Source: Bacteroidales bacterium
Lineage (GTDB): Bacteria > Bacteroidota > Bacteroidia > Bacteroidales > UBA7332
Length of the DNA: 64,000 bases
Assembly: GCA_051652645.1 (NCBI GenBank)
Contig: JBOFUP010000072.1
Span: forward strand, 17,995-81,994
Direction of reading: 5' to 3'
Part shown: positions 38,292 through 48,533 of the stretch, piece after piece
Position numbering within the stretch: the first letter of the stretch is position 1
Layout of the letters: each line of letters opens with the position of its first letter
The notes under the pieces: generated by a model
The model's database searches: none
Told to the model about the DNA's origin: nothing
What the model saw: only the letters and a program-made list of their open reading frames with translations
Program-made: the position numbers and the translations under genes

Positions 38292-39749
38292 ATGCAAAAC
38301 CACATCGAAATCTCGAACAAACACCCTCGACTCTGGGTTGCTATGCTACCAATACTATTTCTGGTAACAGCGCTTAGCCTAAATGTACTCTTCTTAGGTA
38401 GTGATGCACTAGGAGGAGCAAGCCAATTAATACTCATCATTTCCTCAATATTCTGCTTTGCCGTTTCATATCTAGAAAACAAAACGACATGGGCAGAAAC
38501 AGAAAAAACAATAATAAAACACATTGGAGACTCCACTCCAGCCATACTAATACTCTTTATGATTGGAGCATTAGCTGGAGCTTGGATGCTAAGCGGTATT
38601 GTTCCCACAATGATTTATTATGGACTAAAACTTATCAACCCAACAACATTCCTTCTAACAGCCTGTTTGATATCTTCTATCGTATCACTAGCCTCAGGCA
38701 GTTCCTGGTCAACGGTTGCTACTATAGGAGTAGCTATGATGGGAGTTGGTAAGGCCCTCGGATATGCTGACGGTTGGATTGCTGGTGCCATAATCTCTGG
38801 AGCCTACTTCGGCGATAAGATCTCACCACTATCAGAAACCACTAATCTAGCTGCAAATGCCACACATACTCCCCTGTTCAAACACATAAGGTTCATGATG
38901 ATCACAACAGTACCAAACTACCTGATCACACTAACCATATTCACAATCTCAGGATTCTTCATAGAGACGCAAGGGACAGTAAGCATAGAAGATTTCACTA
39001 GTGCCCTTCAAGGTAGCTACGTAATCTCACCTTGGTTACTCCTAATTCCACTAGGGACCTTTGTGATGATAGCCAAGAAAATGCCCACTCTAATAATACT
39101 ACTAATATCTGCACTCGTAGCAGCACTCGTGGCAGCACTCGTACAGACAAATGCCACATCTTCAATAACAGATATACAAGGCAGTGGGATTCAACACTCA
39201 TTCATGGCAGCTTTCAATGCCTTGTTTGGCGAAACAAACGTAGAAACTGGCAATGAATCACTAAACAACCTTGTAGCAACACGAGGCATGGGAGGAATGC
39301 TACTAACCGTCTGGCTTATACTCTCTGCTATGACATTTGGTGGAGCTATGGAAGCTGGCGGAATGCTTCAAACAATCTCCAAACATTTAGTAAAACTGAT
39401 GAAATCAACATTCTCTACCGTAGGAGTAACATCTTTTTCTTGTCTATTCCTAAACGTAATGACTGCTGATCAATACATCTCTATATTACTACCAGGAAAG
39501 ATGTACTCATACATCTACAAGAAGAAAGGTTATGACTCCGCACTATTGAGTAGAACCCTAGAAGATAGTGCCACTGTAACATCTGTACTCATCCCATGGA
39601 ACTCATGCGGTATGACACAAGCCACTGTGCTAAACGTTGCTACAATAACCTACCTTCCATACTGTTTCTTCAACTATCTAAGCCCTGTGATGACACTTCT
39701 TATCGCAGCAATAGGATTTAAGATAAAGAAAGTAAAACAACACTCCTAA
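38292..39749 (+). CDS. nhaC: Na+/H+ antiporter NhaC family, paralog 2
   Basis: I moved the start to MQNHIEISNKHPRLW, which aligns with the paralog 1 N-terminus. The track extension covers a terminator and a promoter. The two proteins are collinear throughout. Confidence 0.85.
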   Translation: MQNHIEISNKHPRLWVAMLPILFLVTALSLNVLFLGSDALGGASQLILIISSIFCFAVSYLENKTTWAETEKTIIKHIGDSTPAILILFMIGALAGAWMLSGIVPTMIYYGLKLINPTTFLLTACLISSIVSLASGSSWSTVATIGVAMMGVGKALGYADGWIAGAIISGAYFGDKISPLSETTNLAANATHTPLFKHIRFMMITTVPNYLITLTIFTISGFFIETQGTVSIEDFTSALQGSYVISPWLLLIPLGTFVMIAKKMPTLIILLISALVAALVAALVQTNATSSITDIQGSGIQHSFMAAFNALFGETNVETGNESLNNLVATRGMGGMLLTVWLILSAMTFGGAMEAGGMLQTISKHLVKLMKSTFSTVGVTSFSCLFLNVMTADQYISILLPGKMYSYIYKKKGYDSALLSRTLEDSATVTSVLIPWNSCGMTQATVLNVATITYLPYCFFNYLSPVMTLLIAAIGFKIKKVKQHS

Positions 39750-39816
39750 AAACAATAGAGGATGTAGAAAGCTACTAGCTATCTACATCCTCTATTATAT
39801 TTCTCTCAAAAAGAAA

Positions 39817-40491
39817 TTAAAGAACACACTCTTCAAATTCCTCTCTAATTCTCTCATAAGCCTCTGCATAAAGATCGAAGTTACGATCCTTAAGTGGGTA
39901 ATCTTTTGCTTGCAAAGCAGGAACAACTCTCACATCAAACCCTTTTGCATCATACACATTCCCACAAATCATTCTGAACGACTTACCATCAACGGGTTGA
40001 TAATATGGAGGGAAACTCTCCTCTCCAACCCTACGTGGTTGAGCCCCATGAAGAAACTTCTCATTATCCTCACCATAGAACCCTAGCTGCTGCATCCAAT
40101 AATTAGCTTGAAGTGAAAGTACTATTACGTAACGAATAGATGGGTTCTCCTCCAAAATCCACTTTACATGAGACAAACCTCGTATAGCCTTCTCCTCAGG
40201 TATAAATGTACGCTTTCCCTTAGGAGCCTGCTCTACATAATCACGACAAAGGTTCGTAAAGAATATCTCCTCTGGCTTAACACGAGAATGTGTCAGATAG
40301 AGGATATGATCAAACAACGTCTTAGCCTCAACATTACGAGCACGCTCGCCATGATCTGCAGGAAACGGGCGAAAATAGTAATCCGCAAACATCACATACT
40401 CTGACACCGTCTCCGACCATTGCAAGTTAGAATCCTCTCCAACCACCAACACTTTGGCCGTCTCAACGGCTTTATAATCCTTAGATCTCAT
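39817..40491 (-). CDS. Hypothetical protein with uracil-DNA-glycosylase-superfamily-like motifs (tentative)
   Basis: VVGEDSN and IFFTNLCRDY resemble UDG family 4/5 motif A and the TN-containing strand. No clear HPS-type motif B is present. Confidence 0.35.
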   Translation of the reverse strand: MRSKDYKAVETAKVLVVGEDSNLQWSETVSEYVMFADYYFRPFPADHGERARNVEAKTLFDHILYLTHSRVKPEEIFFTNLCRDYVEQAPKGKRTFIPEEKAIRGLSHVKWILEENPSIRYVIVLSLQANYWMQQLGFYGEDNEKFLHGAQPRRVGEESFPPYYQPVDGKSFRMICGNVYDAKGFDVRVVPALQAKDYPLKDRNFDLYAEAYERIREEFEECVL

Positions 40492-40722
40492 AATCCAATC
40501 TATTTTTGATGTTTAACATCGGGCTATTATACCCTAATAATCTTTGCGAAGGTACACAATCAAAAGTGATAGAGCTATTAATTTAGATGGAAATATCAGA
40601 ATAACCAAAAAATAGCTCTTTTTGCAAACCCTACATACCAATTCAACGTTATACAACTAATAAAGGTTTTCGTATAATTCATACATTATGTTAAACATTA
40701 CCACTGCGTTTACGAGAACGGT

Positions 40723-41118
40723 ATGATAATTAGCCATCATATAGCAAAAATGAATAACATATTAACACAAACAACTATGACTACTACACAACCATTAGTT
40801 ACTAAAAACCAGACCGAATCTGAAATATACAACAAAGCATATTTAAAGGCAATCGATGCAGGCAAGGCAGAAGATTTCGCTCATTTCTTTGCTAAGCAAG
40901 CATTAAGCAAGCATACTATAGACCACGCATGGGCACTTGCCATACTAAGAGAATACCTTCTCAAGCTATCCAAAAACAAAAGTTACATACACGACACCAT
41001 AAGTTGGATAGAGTCACACGTAGACAACATATCCATCGAAGACCTCTCACAAGAGGGTAAACACTACAACGTCGTATACGAAGCACTACTCAATGCCGAC
41101 CAGCTTGAGTATGCATAA
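40723..41118 (+). CDS. Hypothetical protein
   Basis: An open frame of 131 aa with no motif I recognise. The true start may be an internal Met (MNNILTQ). Confidence 0.35.
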   Translation: MIISHHIAKMNNILTQTTMTTTQPLVTKNQTESEIYNKAYLKAIDAGKAEDFAHFFAKQALSKHTIDHAWALAILREYLLKLSKNKSYIHDTISWIESHVDNISIEDLSQEGKHYNVVYEALLNADQLEYA

Positions 41119-41147
41119 ATAGCTTTGCTTTTCTCTTCTCTCTTTAC

Positions 41148-41155
41148 TACCTTTG
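41148..41155 (+). promoter_or_regulatory. Bacteroides-type -7 promoter motif
   Basis: TACCTTTG lies 23 nt upstream of the ATG at 41178. Confidence 0.4.
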
Positions 41156-41177
41156 TCTCTGATACAGAAATAGAACT

Positions 41178-42395
41178 ATGATGAGTCAAACATTCGAGAG
41201 GCTAGAGATTATTGAGCCAATATTAAGAAGTATAAACGAGAAAGGCTATAAGAACACAACACCCATACAGCTTCAAGCAATACCTCAAATATTAAATGGC
41301 AAAGACCTTATTGCCTGTGCCCAAACCGGCACAGGGAAAACTGCCGCATTCTCTATTCCAATACTCCAAAACATATACATCAAAAAAACGAGTCGCGGAC
41401 ACATAGGTATAGAAGCACTTATACTAACACCAACACGTGAGTTAGCAAATCAAATACACAAGAGCCTAGAGACCTACGGCGAATATACAGACATAAACTA
41501 TACCGCCATCTTCGGAGGCATACCTCGCGTAGTTCAAATTGATAACCTAAGTCATCAGATAGACATACTAGTTGCCACACCCGGAAGGTTACTAGACTTA
41601 GCCGAAAAAGGATACTTAGACTTCACAAACCTATCACACCTTGTTCTAGACGAAGCGGATAATATGCTAAACCTCGGATTCATTGATGATGTAAAAAAAG
41701 TAATAGAGCTACTTCCAGTGAGCAGACAAACACTACTATTCTCTGCCACCATTCCACACGAGATTGCACAACTAGCAAATACAATACTCAAAGAACCCAT
41801 AAAGATCGAAATCACCCCCGAGAGAGTGACAACAAAGAACGTAGAACAAACCCTCTACTACGTACAACAAGAACTAAAGCCAAATCTATTAACTCATCTA
41901 ATAAAGAGCCTAGAAGTAGATTCGGCATTCATCTTCACTAAAACACGCAAAGAAGCAGATGAGGTATCTCTTTGGCTATCACAACAAGGATTTGCCACAG
42001 ACTCTATTCATAGCCAAAAGAGCCAGCACGAAAGAGAGCAAGCAATAAATAAGTTCAAGAACAGAGAGATAAACCTACTTGTGGCTACTGACGTCGCCGC
42101 CAGAGGCATAGACGTCAAAGACGTATCACATGTCTTTAATATCGGACTCCCACAAGAGAACGAAAACTATATCCATAGAATAGGACGCACTGGAAGAGCT
42201 GATAAAAATGGTAAAGCTATTACACTATGCTCCCCGAATGAGATAAGTAAGCTCAAAGAGATAGAAAAACTCATACGACAAAAGATAGAACTTGTAAAGG
42301 AACACATATACTCAAATGCCAACCTCACAAAGATGATTATCAAAGCAGAGGATGAAATTAAGAGCAAAAGTAATAACCGACGACGTAGGAGGTAA
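41178..42395 (+). CDS. DEAD-box ATP-dependent RNA helicase
   Basis: It has a Q-motif, AQTGTGKT, DEAD, SAT and HRIGRTGRA, plus a basic C-terminal tail RRRRR. Confidence 0.9.
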   Translation: MMSQTFERLEIIEPILRSINEKGYKNTTPIQLQAIPQILNGKDLIACAQTGTGKTAAFSIPILQNIYIKKTSRGHIGIEALILTPTRELANQIHKSLETYGEYTDINYTAIFGGIPRVVQIDNLSHQIDILVATPGRLLDLAEKGYLDFTNLSHLVLDEADNMLNLGFIDDVKKVIELLPVSRQTLLFSATIPHEIAQLANTILKEPIKIEITPERVTTKNVEQTLYYVQQELKPNLLTHLIKSLEVDSAFIFTKTRKEADEVSLWLSQQGFATDSIHSQKSQHEREQAINKFKNREINLLVATDVAARGIDVKDVSHVFNIGLPQENENYIHRIGRTGRADKNGKAITLCSPNEISKLKEIEKLIRQKIELVKEHIYSNANLTKMIIKAEDEIKSKSNNRRRRR

Positions 42396-42475
42396 AAAAT
42401 AGAAAGAGAGAAGATATGCCTATCAAAGACATATCTTCTCTCTTTCTATTTTATGATCTTAATCGATAATCAAGA

Positions 42476-43624
42476 TTAATCTTCGTCATCGAAGTCGAAC
42501 TCTTCGTAATCCTCATACTCATCATCGTCGAAATACTCAACATCGTCATCATCATCTCCGACAACTTGCTTAACATCAAGGTTGCGGTGAGTAAGTTTGA
42601 TCTCACGATTATTCTCCTCGCTATTCAACACCTCCCAAAGCATATCCTTTAGTTGCTGAATGTTGTATCCCGTAACCGAAGAGATGAAAAGCACTTTGAT
42701 GCCATCAGGAAGTTCACGTTTGATCTCCTCGATAAGCTCCTCGTCGAGCATGTCCGACTTAGTGATTGCTAATATACGCTGTTTATCCAAAAGCTCTGGA
42801 TTAAACTGCTGTAGCTCGCCAAGAAGAATATGATACTCTTTGGCAATATCATCAGCATCAGCAGGCACCATGAACAGAAGTGCTGAATTTCGCTCTATGT
42901 GGCGTAGGAATCTGAGTCCTAGTCCACGCCCTTCAGCGGCTCCTTCTATGATACCTGGGATATCAGCCATAACGAAAGAGCGGTTATCACGATACTTCAC
43001 AATACCGAGGTTTGGCTCAAGAGTCGTAAATGGATAGTCCGCTATCTTTGGTTTTGCCGCCGAGATAGACGCTAGCAGAGTAGACTTACCCGCATTTGGG
43101 AAGCCAACTAATCCAACATCAGCCAACATCTTTAGTTCAAGAATGATGGTCTTCTCTATAGCAGGCTCTCCTGGCTGGGCATAACGCGGAGTTTGGTTTG
43201 TTGAGCTACGGAAGTGCCAGTTTCCTAGACCTCCACGACCACCGTTGATAAGAACAATCTCTTGTCCATCTTCAGTGATATCACACATAAACTCACCTGT
43301 ATCAGCATCATAAACCACAGTACCCATAGGCACCTCGATGACTTGGTCAGCACCATCCTTGCCAAAGCTTCGGCTAGAGCTTCCCGATTCGCCGTGTCCA
43401 GCAAAGACGTGGCGTTGGAACTTGAGGTGGATCAGAGTCCAGTAGTTGCGGTTTGCACGAAGAATGATGTGCCCTCCGCGACCACCATCACCACCATCTG
43501 GTCCCCCTTTTTGGGTCCAGTTATCACGATGAAGGTGGCGAGAACCAGCCCCCCCCTTGCCCGAACGGCAGTATATTTTTACGTAGTCGACGAAATTTGA
43601 TTCCATATACAATTGGGGTGACAC
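42476..43624 (-). CDS. obg: GTPase Obg/CgtA
   Basis: It has the Obg fold glycine-rich N-terminus (GKGGAGS...[12 protein letters not shown]). G1 is GFPNAGKST. The C-terminal tail is strongly acidic. Confidence 0.9.
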   Translation of the reverse strand: MSPQLYMESNFVDYVKIYCRSGKGGAGSRHLHRDNWTQKGGPDGGDGGRGGHIILRANRNYWTLIHLKFQRHVFAGHGESGSSSRSFGKDGADQVIEVPMGTVVYDADTGEFMCDITEDGQEIVLINGGRGGLGNWHFRSSTNQTPRYAQPGEPAIEKTIILELKMLADVGLVGFPNAGKSTLLASISAAKPKIADYPFTTLEPNLGIVKYRDNRSFVMADIPGIIEGAAEGRGLGLRFLRHIERNSALLFMVPADADDIAKEYHILLGELQQFNPELLDKQRILAITKSDMLDEELIEEIKRELPDGIKVLFISSVTGYNIQQLKDMLWEVLNSEENNREIKLTHRNLDVKQVVGDDDDDVEYFDDDEYEDYEEFDFDDED

Positions 43625-43656
43625 AGCTCAATATTATTGAGCCATGTCTTGATTTA

Positions 43657-44226
43657 TTAAAGTTGATCGATAGATCCAGCAATACGAGCGAAGATATCTT
43701 CGATAGATCCCATACCGTGGATTCCGATATATTTGCCTTCAGACTTATAGTGATCGATAAGTGGTGAAGTTTGGTTGTTGTAAACATCAAGACGACTCTT
43801 GATAGTCTCTAGGTTATCATCCGAACGACCAGAGATCTCACCGCGCTTAAGAAGACGTTGGATAAGCTCTTGCTCTTCAACCTCAAGTGCAACAACACCA
43901 CTAACCTCAGTACCTCTCTCCTTCAACATAGCCGAAAGTGCGATAGCTTGAGGAGTAGTACGAGGGAATCCGTCAAAGATCACGCCGTTAACCCCTTTGT
44001 TAGCATCAAGCACAGAAGCCAACATGTCGATGATTAGTTGATCTGGCACCAACTGACCTTTAGAGATAAACTCTTCGGCAGTTTTTCCTAGTTGAGTACC
44101 GTTTTTGATCTCTGCACGAAGCACATCGCCAGTAGAGATATGAAAAAGGTTGTACTTCTCTTTGATCAAATCACTCTGCGTTCCTTTTCCAGAACCTGGG
44201 GCACCAAAAATTACAATGTTCAACAT
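43657..44226 (-). CDS. adk: Adenylate kinase
   Basis: It has the GAPGSGKGTQ P-loop and is a short-lid form. Confidence 0.9.
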   Translation of the reverse strand: MLNIVIFGAPGSGKGTQSDLIKEKYNLFHISTGDVLRAEIKNGTQLGKTAEEFISKGQLVPDQLIIDMLASVLDANKGVNGVIFDGFPRTTPQAIALSAMLKERGTEVSGVVALEVEEQELIQRLLKRGEISGRSDDNLETIKSRLDVYNNQTSPLIDHYKSEGKYIGIHGMGSIEDIFARIAGSIDQL

Positions 44227-44275
44227 AATATTTATACTGTTATATCAATAAATGAATTTTTTTCTCCAATATATC

Positions 44276-44812
44276 TTACTCGTGAATAACGTATATATCC
44301 TTAAGATTACGACCATAACCATCATAATCAAGACCATACCCAACGATGAAGTCATTAGGGATCTCCATCACAGCATAGTCCACAGTTATATCACACACTA
44401 TCGCATCAGGCTTCACAAGAAGAGAAGCTATCTTCACCTCAGCTGGTTTTAGTTCAGCTAGATCCTTGAGCAATTTCTCAATGGTGCGACCAGTATCAAC
44501 GATATCCTCAAGAACAACCACAGTTCTCCCTTCGATGGATTCATTTAGTCCGAAGATCTTCTTTACAGAACCAGTAGACTCTGTACCTTCATAAGATGCC
44601 AATTTGATGAATGAAAGTTCTGATGGAACAGTCACATACTTCATAAGGTCACCGATGAACATAAACGAGCCGTTGAGTACACCAACAAAAAGAGGGTCTT
44701 TACCTTCCAACTCTTCATTCATCTGTTTTGCTACACGAGCAATATTCTCCTGCAATGTTTCATAAGAGATAAACGGCTTGAACGTTTTATCCTTTACTTG
44801 AATTAAATTCAT
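44276..44812 (-). CDS. hpt: Hypoxanthine phosphoribosyltransferase
   Basis: It has the PRPP-binding motif VVVLEDIVDTGRT. Confidence 0.9.
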   Translation of the reverse strand: MNLIQVKDKTFKPFISYETLQENIARVAKQMNEELEGKDPLFVGVLNGSFMFIGDLMKYVTVPSELSFIKLASYEGTESTGSVKKIFGLNESIEGRTVVVLEDIVDTGRTIEKLLKDLAELKPAEVKIASLLVKPDAIVCDITVDYAVMEIPNDFIVGYGLDYDGYGRNLKDIYVIHE

Positions 44813-45018
44813 AATTTATTAATTGTTTCTTCTCTAACGTGTGGATAACCAAAAAGGGCTAAATCTATAATAAGCCAATTAAGCAATTTGGTATGCTTCC
44901 GAAAATAAAGTCGTCAAAGTTACCACTCTTTTTCAGAGATAACAAATTTCTTTCACTCGTTTCGCTCCTATTTTGCTTCGTTCCGTTATTTTTGCAAATA
45001 AATAACGAGATAACAGAT

Positions 45019-46539
45019 ATGAAACTATTCAGAACTGCCGAAATAAAGGAGATAGAGAAACGCACTATTGAGCGACAAGGCATCAACTCAATAGATCTTA
45101 TGCAACGAGCTGCATACAAAATAGCCCAGGAACTAATGTCACGCTGGGACACCACCACACCATTTGTCCTATTTGCAGGACCCGGCAATAACGGAGGTGA
45201 CACGCTCGCTGTGGCTCAGATATTGACAGAAGAGGGATATAACACCAAGTGTTATCTTATATGCCCCTCTCGAACACTCTCACCCGAGTGCACACATATG
45301 AGGGAGATACATGCCAATGAAGATAGAGCAGAACTATACGAAGTAATAAACTCTTTCACCCCTCCAGCATTGACCTCACGAACAGTTATCGTTGATGGAC
45401 TCTTTGGAACGGGGCTAAACAAACCCCTAGATGGTGGTTTCGCAGGCATAGTCAAATATATCAACAACTCAAACTCTTTCGTCGTATCAATAGACATACC
45501 CTCGGGTCTTTTCGGAGAGAACAACACAAATAACAACCCAGAGGCCATAATCAAAGCAGACCTAACACTCACATTCAATGCCCCACGCCTATCATTCCTC
45601 TTTAGAGAAAATGAGCAATACATAGGCCAATGGAAGATCATTGACCTAGATCTCGATGAAGAGGCTATAAGTGAAGCTGTATCGCCACACCAGATTGTAG
45701 AACACGAGCAGATAGCATCCGTAATAAAGAGCAGATCAACCTTTGCCCATAAGGGAGAGTTTGGACACGGATTACTTATTGCCGGATCAGTAGGAATGAT
45801 GGGTGCTGCACAGCTAGCAGCAGGAGCGGCACTTAGATGCGGCATGGGACTATTAACAATCCATTCCACACGCTCGGCCAACATAATAGTTCAAAGCACA
45901 CTACCAGAGGCAATCTTCAGCCCAGACAACTCACTTTTGGGATTCTCAAAGGTGCCTTCCCTTGATGGATATAGCGCTATAGCCATAGGCCCTGGACTTG
46001 GCAGCTCCGAGGAGTGCATTAGCGCATTCAGCTCATTCATGAATCGTCGCAACCCAAACACCATATTAGACGCAGACGCACTAAACATCATAGCACAAGA
46101 CAAGAAACTAGCAAACAACATCACCCCAGGAAGCATCCTAACGCCCCACCCTAAGGAGTTTGACCGTATGTTTGGAGAATCACACACATCATTCGAACGC
46201 TTAGAGAAGGCTAAGAAATTAGCCAATCAGCTACGAGTAATAATAATTCTCAAAGGAGCATTCACCGCTTCAGTGCTGCCTAATGGAGAAGTCTACTTCA
46301 ACCCAACAGGCAACCCCGGAATGGCTAATGGTGGTTCGGGGGATGTCCTCACAGGAATACTACTATCACTGCTCACACAAGGATACAACCAAGTAGAAGC
46401 TGCACTTCTAGGATGCTACCTTCATGGACTAGCTGCAGATCTAGCTGCAGAGGAGCTTACACAACACGCAATGAAAGCTGGAGATATAATTAAATATATA
46501 CCCAAAGCCTTCGCTAAACTAATAAAGAGCAACAGATGA
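45019..46539 (+). CDS. nnr: Bifunctional NAD(P)H-hydrate repair enzyme (epimerase + ADP-dependent dehydratase)
   Basis: I chose the start at MKLFRTAEIKEIE. It has a YjeF-N motif (GPGNNGGD) and a YjeF-C carbohydrate-kinase part (GGSGDVLTG). Confidence 0.85.
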   Translation: MKLFRTAEIKEIEKRTIERQGINSIDLMQRAAYKIAQELMSRWDTTTPFVLFAGPGNNGGDTLAVAQILTEEGYNTKCYLICPSRTLSPECTHMREIHANEDRAELYEVINSFTPPALTSRTVIVDGLFGTGLNKPLDGGFAGIVKYINNSNSFVVSIDIPSGLFGENNTNNNPEAIIKADLTLTFNAPRLSFLFRENEQYIGQWKIIDLDLDEEAISEAVSPHQIVEHEQIASVIKSRSTFAHKGEFGHGLLIAGSVGMMGAAQLAAGAALRCGMGLLTIHSTRSANIIVQSTLPEAIFSPDNSLLGFSKVPSLDGYSAIAIGPGLGSSEECISAFSSFMNRRNPNTILDADALNIIAQDKKLANNITPGSILTPHPKEFDRMFGESHTSFERLEKAKKLANQLRVIIILKGAFTASVLPNGEVYFNPTGNPGMANGGSGDVLTGILLSLLTQGYNQVEAALLGCYLHGLAADLAAEELTQHAMKAGDIIKYIPKAFAKLIKSNR

Positions 46540-47174
46540 AAAAGGGTGTATATTTCGTCACTGGCATAGACACAAACGTTGGAAAGACAGCCGCTACAGG
46601 CTTCCTCGCAAAAGAAATGATGCAGAAGGGCTTGAGTGTGATCACCCAAAAAATGGTACAAACAGGATGTGAAGCCCCATCAGAAGATATAGTAGAACAT
46701 AGACGACTCATGGGCATTCCTCTACAAGAGGTTGACCTCAATGGAGATAGCTGCCCTATAATATTCAGCTACCCATGCTCACCTCATCTAGCATCTGAGA
46801 TAGACAACAAAACTATAGATCTAGATGTTATAGAGTTAGCCACGCAGAGATTAGCTCAACAATACGACATTGTTCTGCTTGAAGGAGCAGGAGGAGTGAT
46901 GGTACCAATCACTAAAGAGTACCTCACCATTGACTATATGCAGAAACACCACTATCCTGTGATAGTGGTTACATCAGGCAAACTAGGTAGTATCAACCAC
47001 ACCCTACTCACACTAGAGGCAATACGCCAACGCGGTCTTGAGGTATCTATGTTAATATACAACCTATATCCAGCTGCCGACCCAAAGATAGAGCAAAGCA
47101 CCTTGGAATATTTTAGAGATTACCTACAAAGACACTATCCCGAGGCTGAACTAAAACTACTAGATAAAATATAA
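46536..47174 (+). CDS. bioD: ATP-dependent dethiobiotin synthetase
   Basis: It has the VTGIDTNVGKT P-loop and EGAGG. It overlaps nnr by 4 nt (ATGA). Confidence 0.85.
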   Translation: MKKGVYFVTGIDTNVGKTAATGFLAKEMMQKGLSVITQKMVQTGCEAPSEDIVEHRRLMGIPLQEVDLNGDSCPIIFSYPCSPHLASEIDNKTIDLDVIELATQRLAQQYDIVLLEGAGGVMVPITKEYLTIDYMQKHHYPVIVVTSGKLGSINHTLLTLEAIRQRGLEVSMLIYNLYPAADPKIEQSTLEYFRDYLQRHYPEAELKLLDKI

Positions 47175-47194
47175 ACAGACCATAAAAACACCCA

Positions 47195-47605
47195 TTGAAC
47201 ATGTCAAAGTTCATCACAATAGCCACCTTCTCAAACCTCAATAGCGGAGCCGTGCTCCGCTCACTTCTTGAATCCCAAGACATAGAGTGCAGATTCAATA
47301 ACGAAGCAACCACGCAGATCTTCGGAGGATATGCTAACATAGGATACGCAGAGTTACAAGTAATCGAGGAACAACTACAGGAGGCATTGGAGATAATGAA
47401 AGAAAATGGGTATAGAAGCAGCATAGGCAAGAGTGACAACAACACCAACCCCATGCTAGAGAGTCTAGAGAGAATAAGTTCGCGCATACCAATACTGCGA
47501 CACTTAAAGCTCGAATATAGAATCATTATGATACTTATAGCTCTTGCCGTAGCCATCGGCCTATTATTGTCATGGTTATTCACCGTTGACGGTGTTCCTT
47601 ATTAA
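47195..47605 (+). CDS. DUF2007-like small protein with a C-terminal TM helix
   Basis: The N-terminal pattern (IATFSNLNSGAVLRSLLESQDIEC) resembles putative signal-transducing DUF2007 proteins. Confidence 0.5.
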   Translation: MNMSKFITIATFSNLNSGAVLRSLLESQDIECRFNNEATTQIFGGYANIGYAELQVIEEQLQEALEIMKENGYRSSIGKSDNNTNPMLESLERISSRIPILRHLKLEYRIIMILIALAVAIGLLLSWLFTVDGVPY

Positions 47606-47623
47606 ACAAAACGGTTAATATAA

Positions 47624-47667
47624 AAAAAGAGAGGATGCCCCACAAATGGAGCACCCTCTCTTTTTTT
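47624..47667. terminator. Bidirectional stem-loop between convergent genes
   Basis: Arms agagaggatgc / gcaccctctct are flanked by A-runs and T-runs. Confidence 0.6.
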
Positions 47668-47699
47668 ATCGCAAAGCGAAAAGCTATAATAATGAAATA

Positions 47700-48284
47700 T
47701 TATTTCCCTTTTTTCGCTGCAGCAGCCATCATACCACGAGCTGCACGTGTTAGTTTAACCGCACAAACAACAGCCATTTTCGAGTTAACCAACTCTAGGT
47801 TCTCGTAAGAAAGCTGACCAACTTGTACTGTTTTACCAAGACCCAAATCAGAAACGTTGATAGTCAAGAACTCAGGGATGTTGTTGTAAAGAGCTCTAAC
47901 GCGAAGTTTACGCATCTCTAGAGCCAATTTACCCCCTTGCTTAACACCTTCTGCAAGACCTTCAAGTTTAACAGGAACTTCGAATACGATAGCTTTGTCT
48001 TCGAATACCTCAAGGAAGTCGATGTGAAGAACTTTGTCTGTCACTGGGTGGAATTGAAGATCCTTCAATACAGCCTTAACAGTTTTGTCACCGATAGTCA
48101 AGTCGATAACGAAAACCTCTGGAGTGTAGATCAAGTTTTTAACGTCAGCCTCAGATACGCTGAAAGTGATAACTTCACTACCACCATAAAGAACTGCTGG
48201 AATTGACTCTGAAGCACGAACTGCTTTCGTTGCTTTTTTTCCGTAGTCTGCACGAGCTACGCCTGAAAGTGCAAATGTTTTCAT
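47700..48284 (-). CDS. rplY: 50S ribosomal protein L25 / general stress protein Ctc
   Basis: 194 aa. The pattern GKKATKAVRASESIPAVLYG... matches L25/Ctc. Confidence 0.9.
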   Translation of the reverse strand: MKTFALSGVARADYGKKATKAVRASESIPAVLYGGSEVITFSVSEADVKNLIYTPEVFVIDLTIGDKTVKAVLKDLQFHPVTDKVLHIDFLEVFEDKAIVFEVPVKLEGLAEGVKQGGKLALEMRKLRVRALYNNIPEFLTINVSDLGLGKTVQVGQLSYENLELVNSKMAVVCAVKLTRAARGMMAAAAKKGK

Positions 48285-48480
48285 TGTTTAATTATTTGTG
48301 TTACTCAAAATTAAGTAATTACGCTCCTTAATTTTCCCATCACACGATAGAATCTTCAAAAGCGATGCAAAGGTATAAAAAACCTACCACTCCCGCAAAC
48401 ATGACAATCCCTTATTTCACCACAACTAGCTTTTATATATAATTTATAGCCTTAAGAGCTGCGTTCTACTCTTAATTCTC

Positions 48481-48488
48481 TACTTTTG
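48481..48488 (+). promoter_or_regulatory. Bacteroides-type -7 promoter motif
   Basis: TACTTTTG lies 46 nt upstream of the ATG at 48534. Confidence 0.4.
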
Positions 48489-48533
48489 TAGCAAACTCAA
48501 TTACGACCTAAATCACAATCAATATTATATAAT

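Noticed and set aside
44893-45018. The N-terminal extension of nnr. Similar extensions occur at 50395-50505 (aminotransferase) and 34735-34767 (S41 peptidase).
   Set aside because: The extensions overlap upstream genes or promoters and look non-protein-like. Internal Mets give family-typical N-termini.
45252-45884. A 210-aa ORF on the minus strand.
   Set aside because: It lies entirely antisense inside the well-supported nnr gene. Its Ser/Ala/Pro-rich, low-complexity translation is typical of a shadow ORF.
47113-47583. A 156-aa ORF on the minus strand.
   Set aside because: It is antisense to bioD and the DUF2007 gene. It crosses their intergenic gap and shows no recognisable motif.
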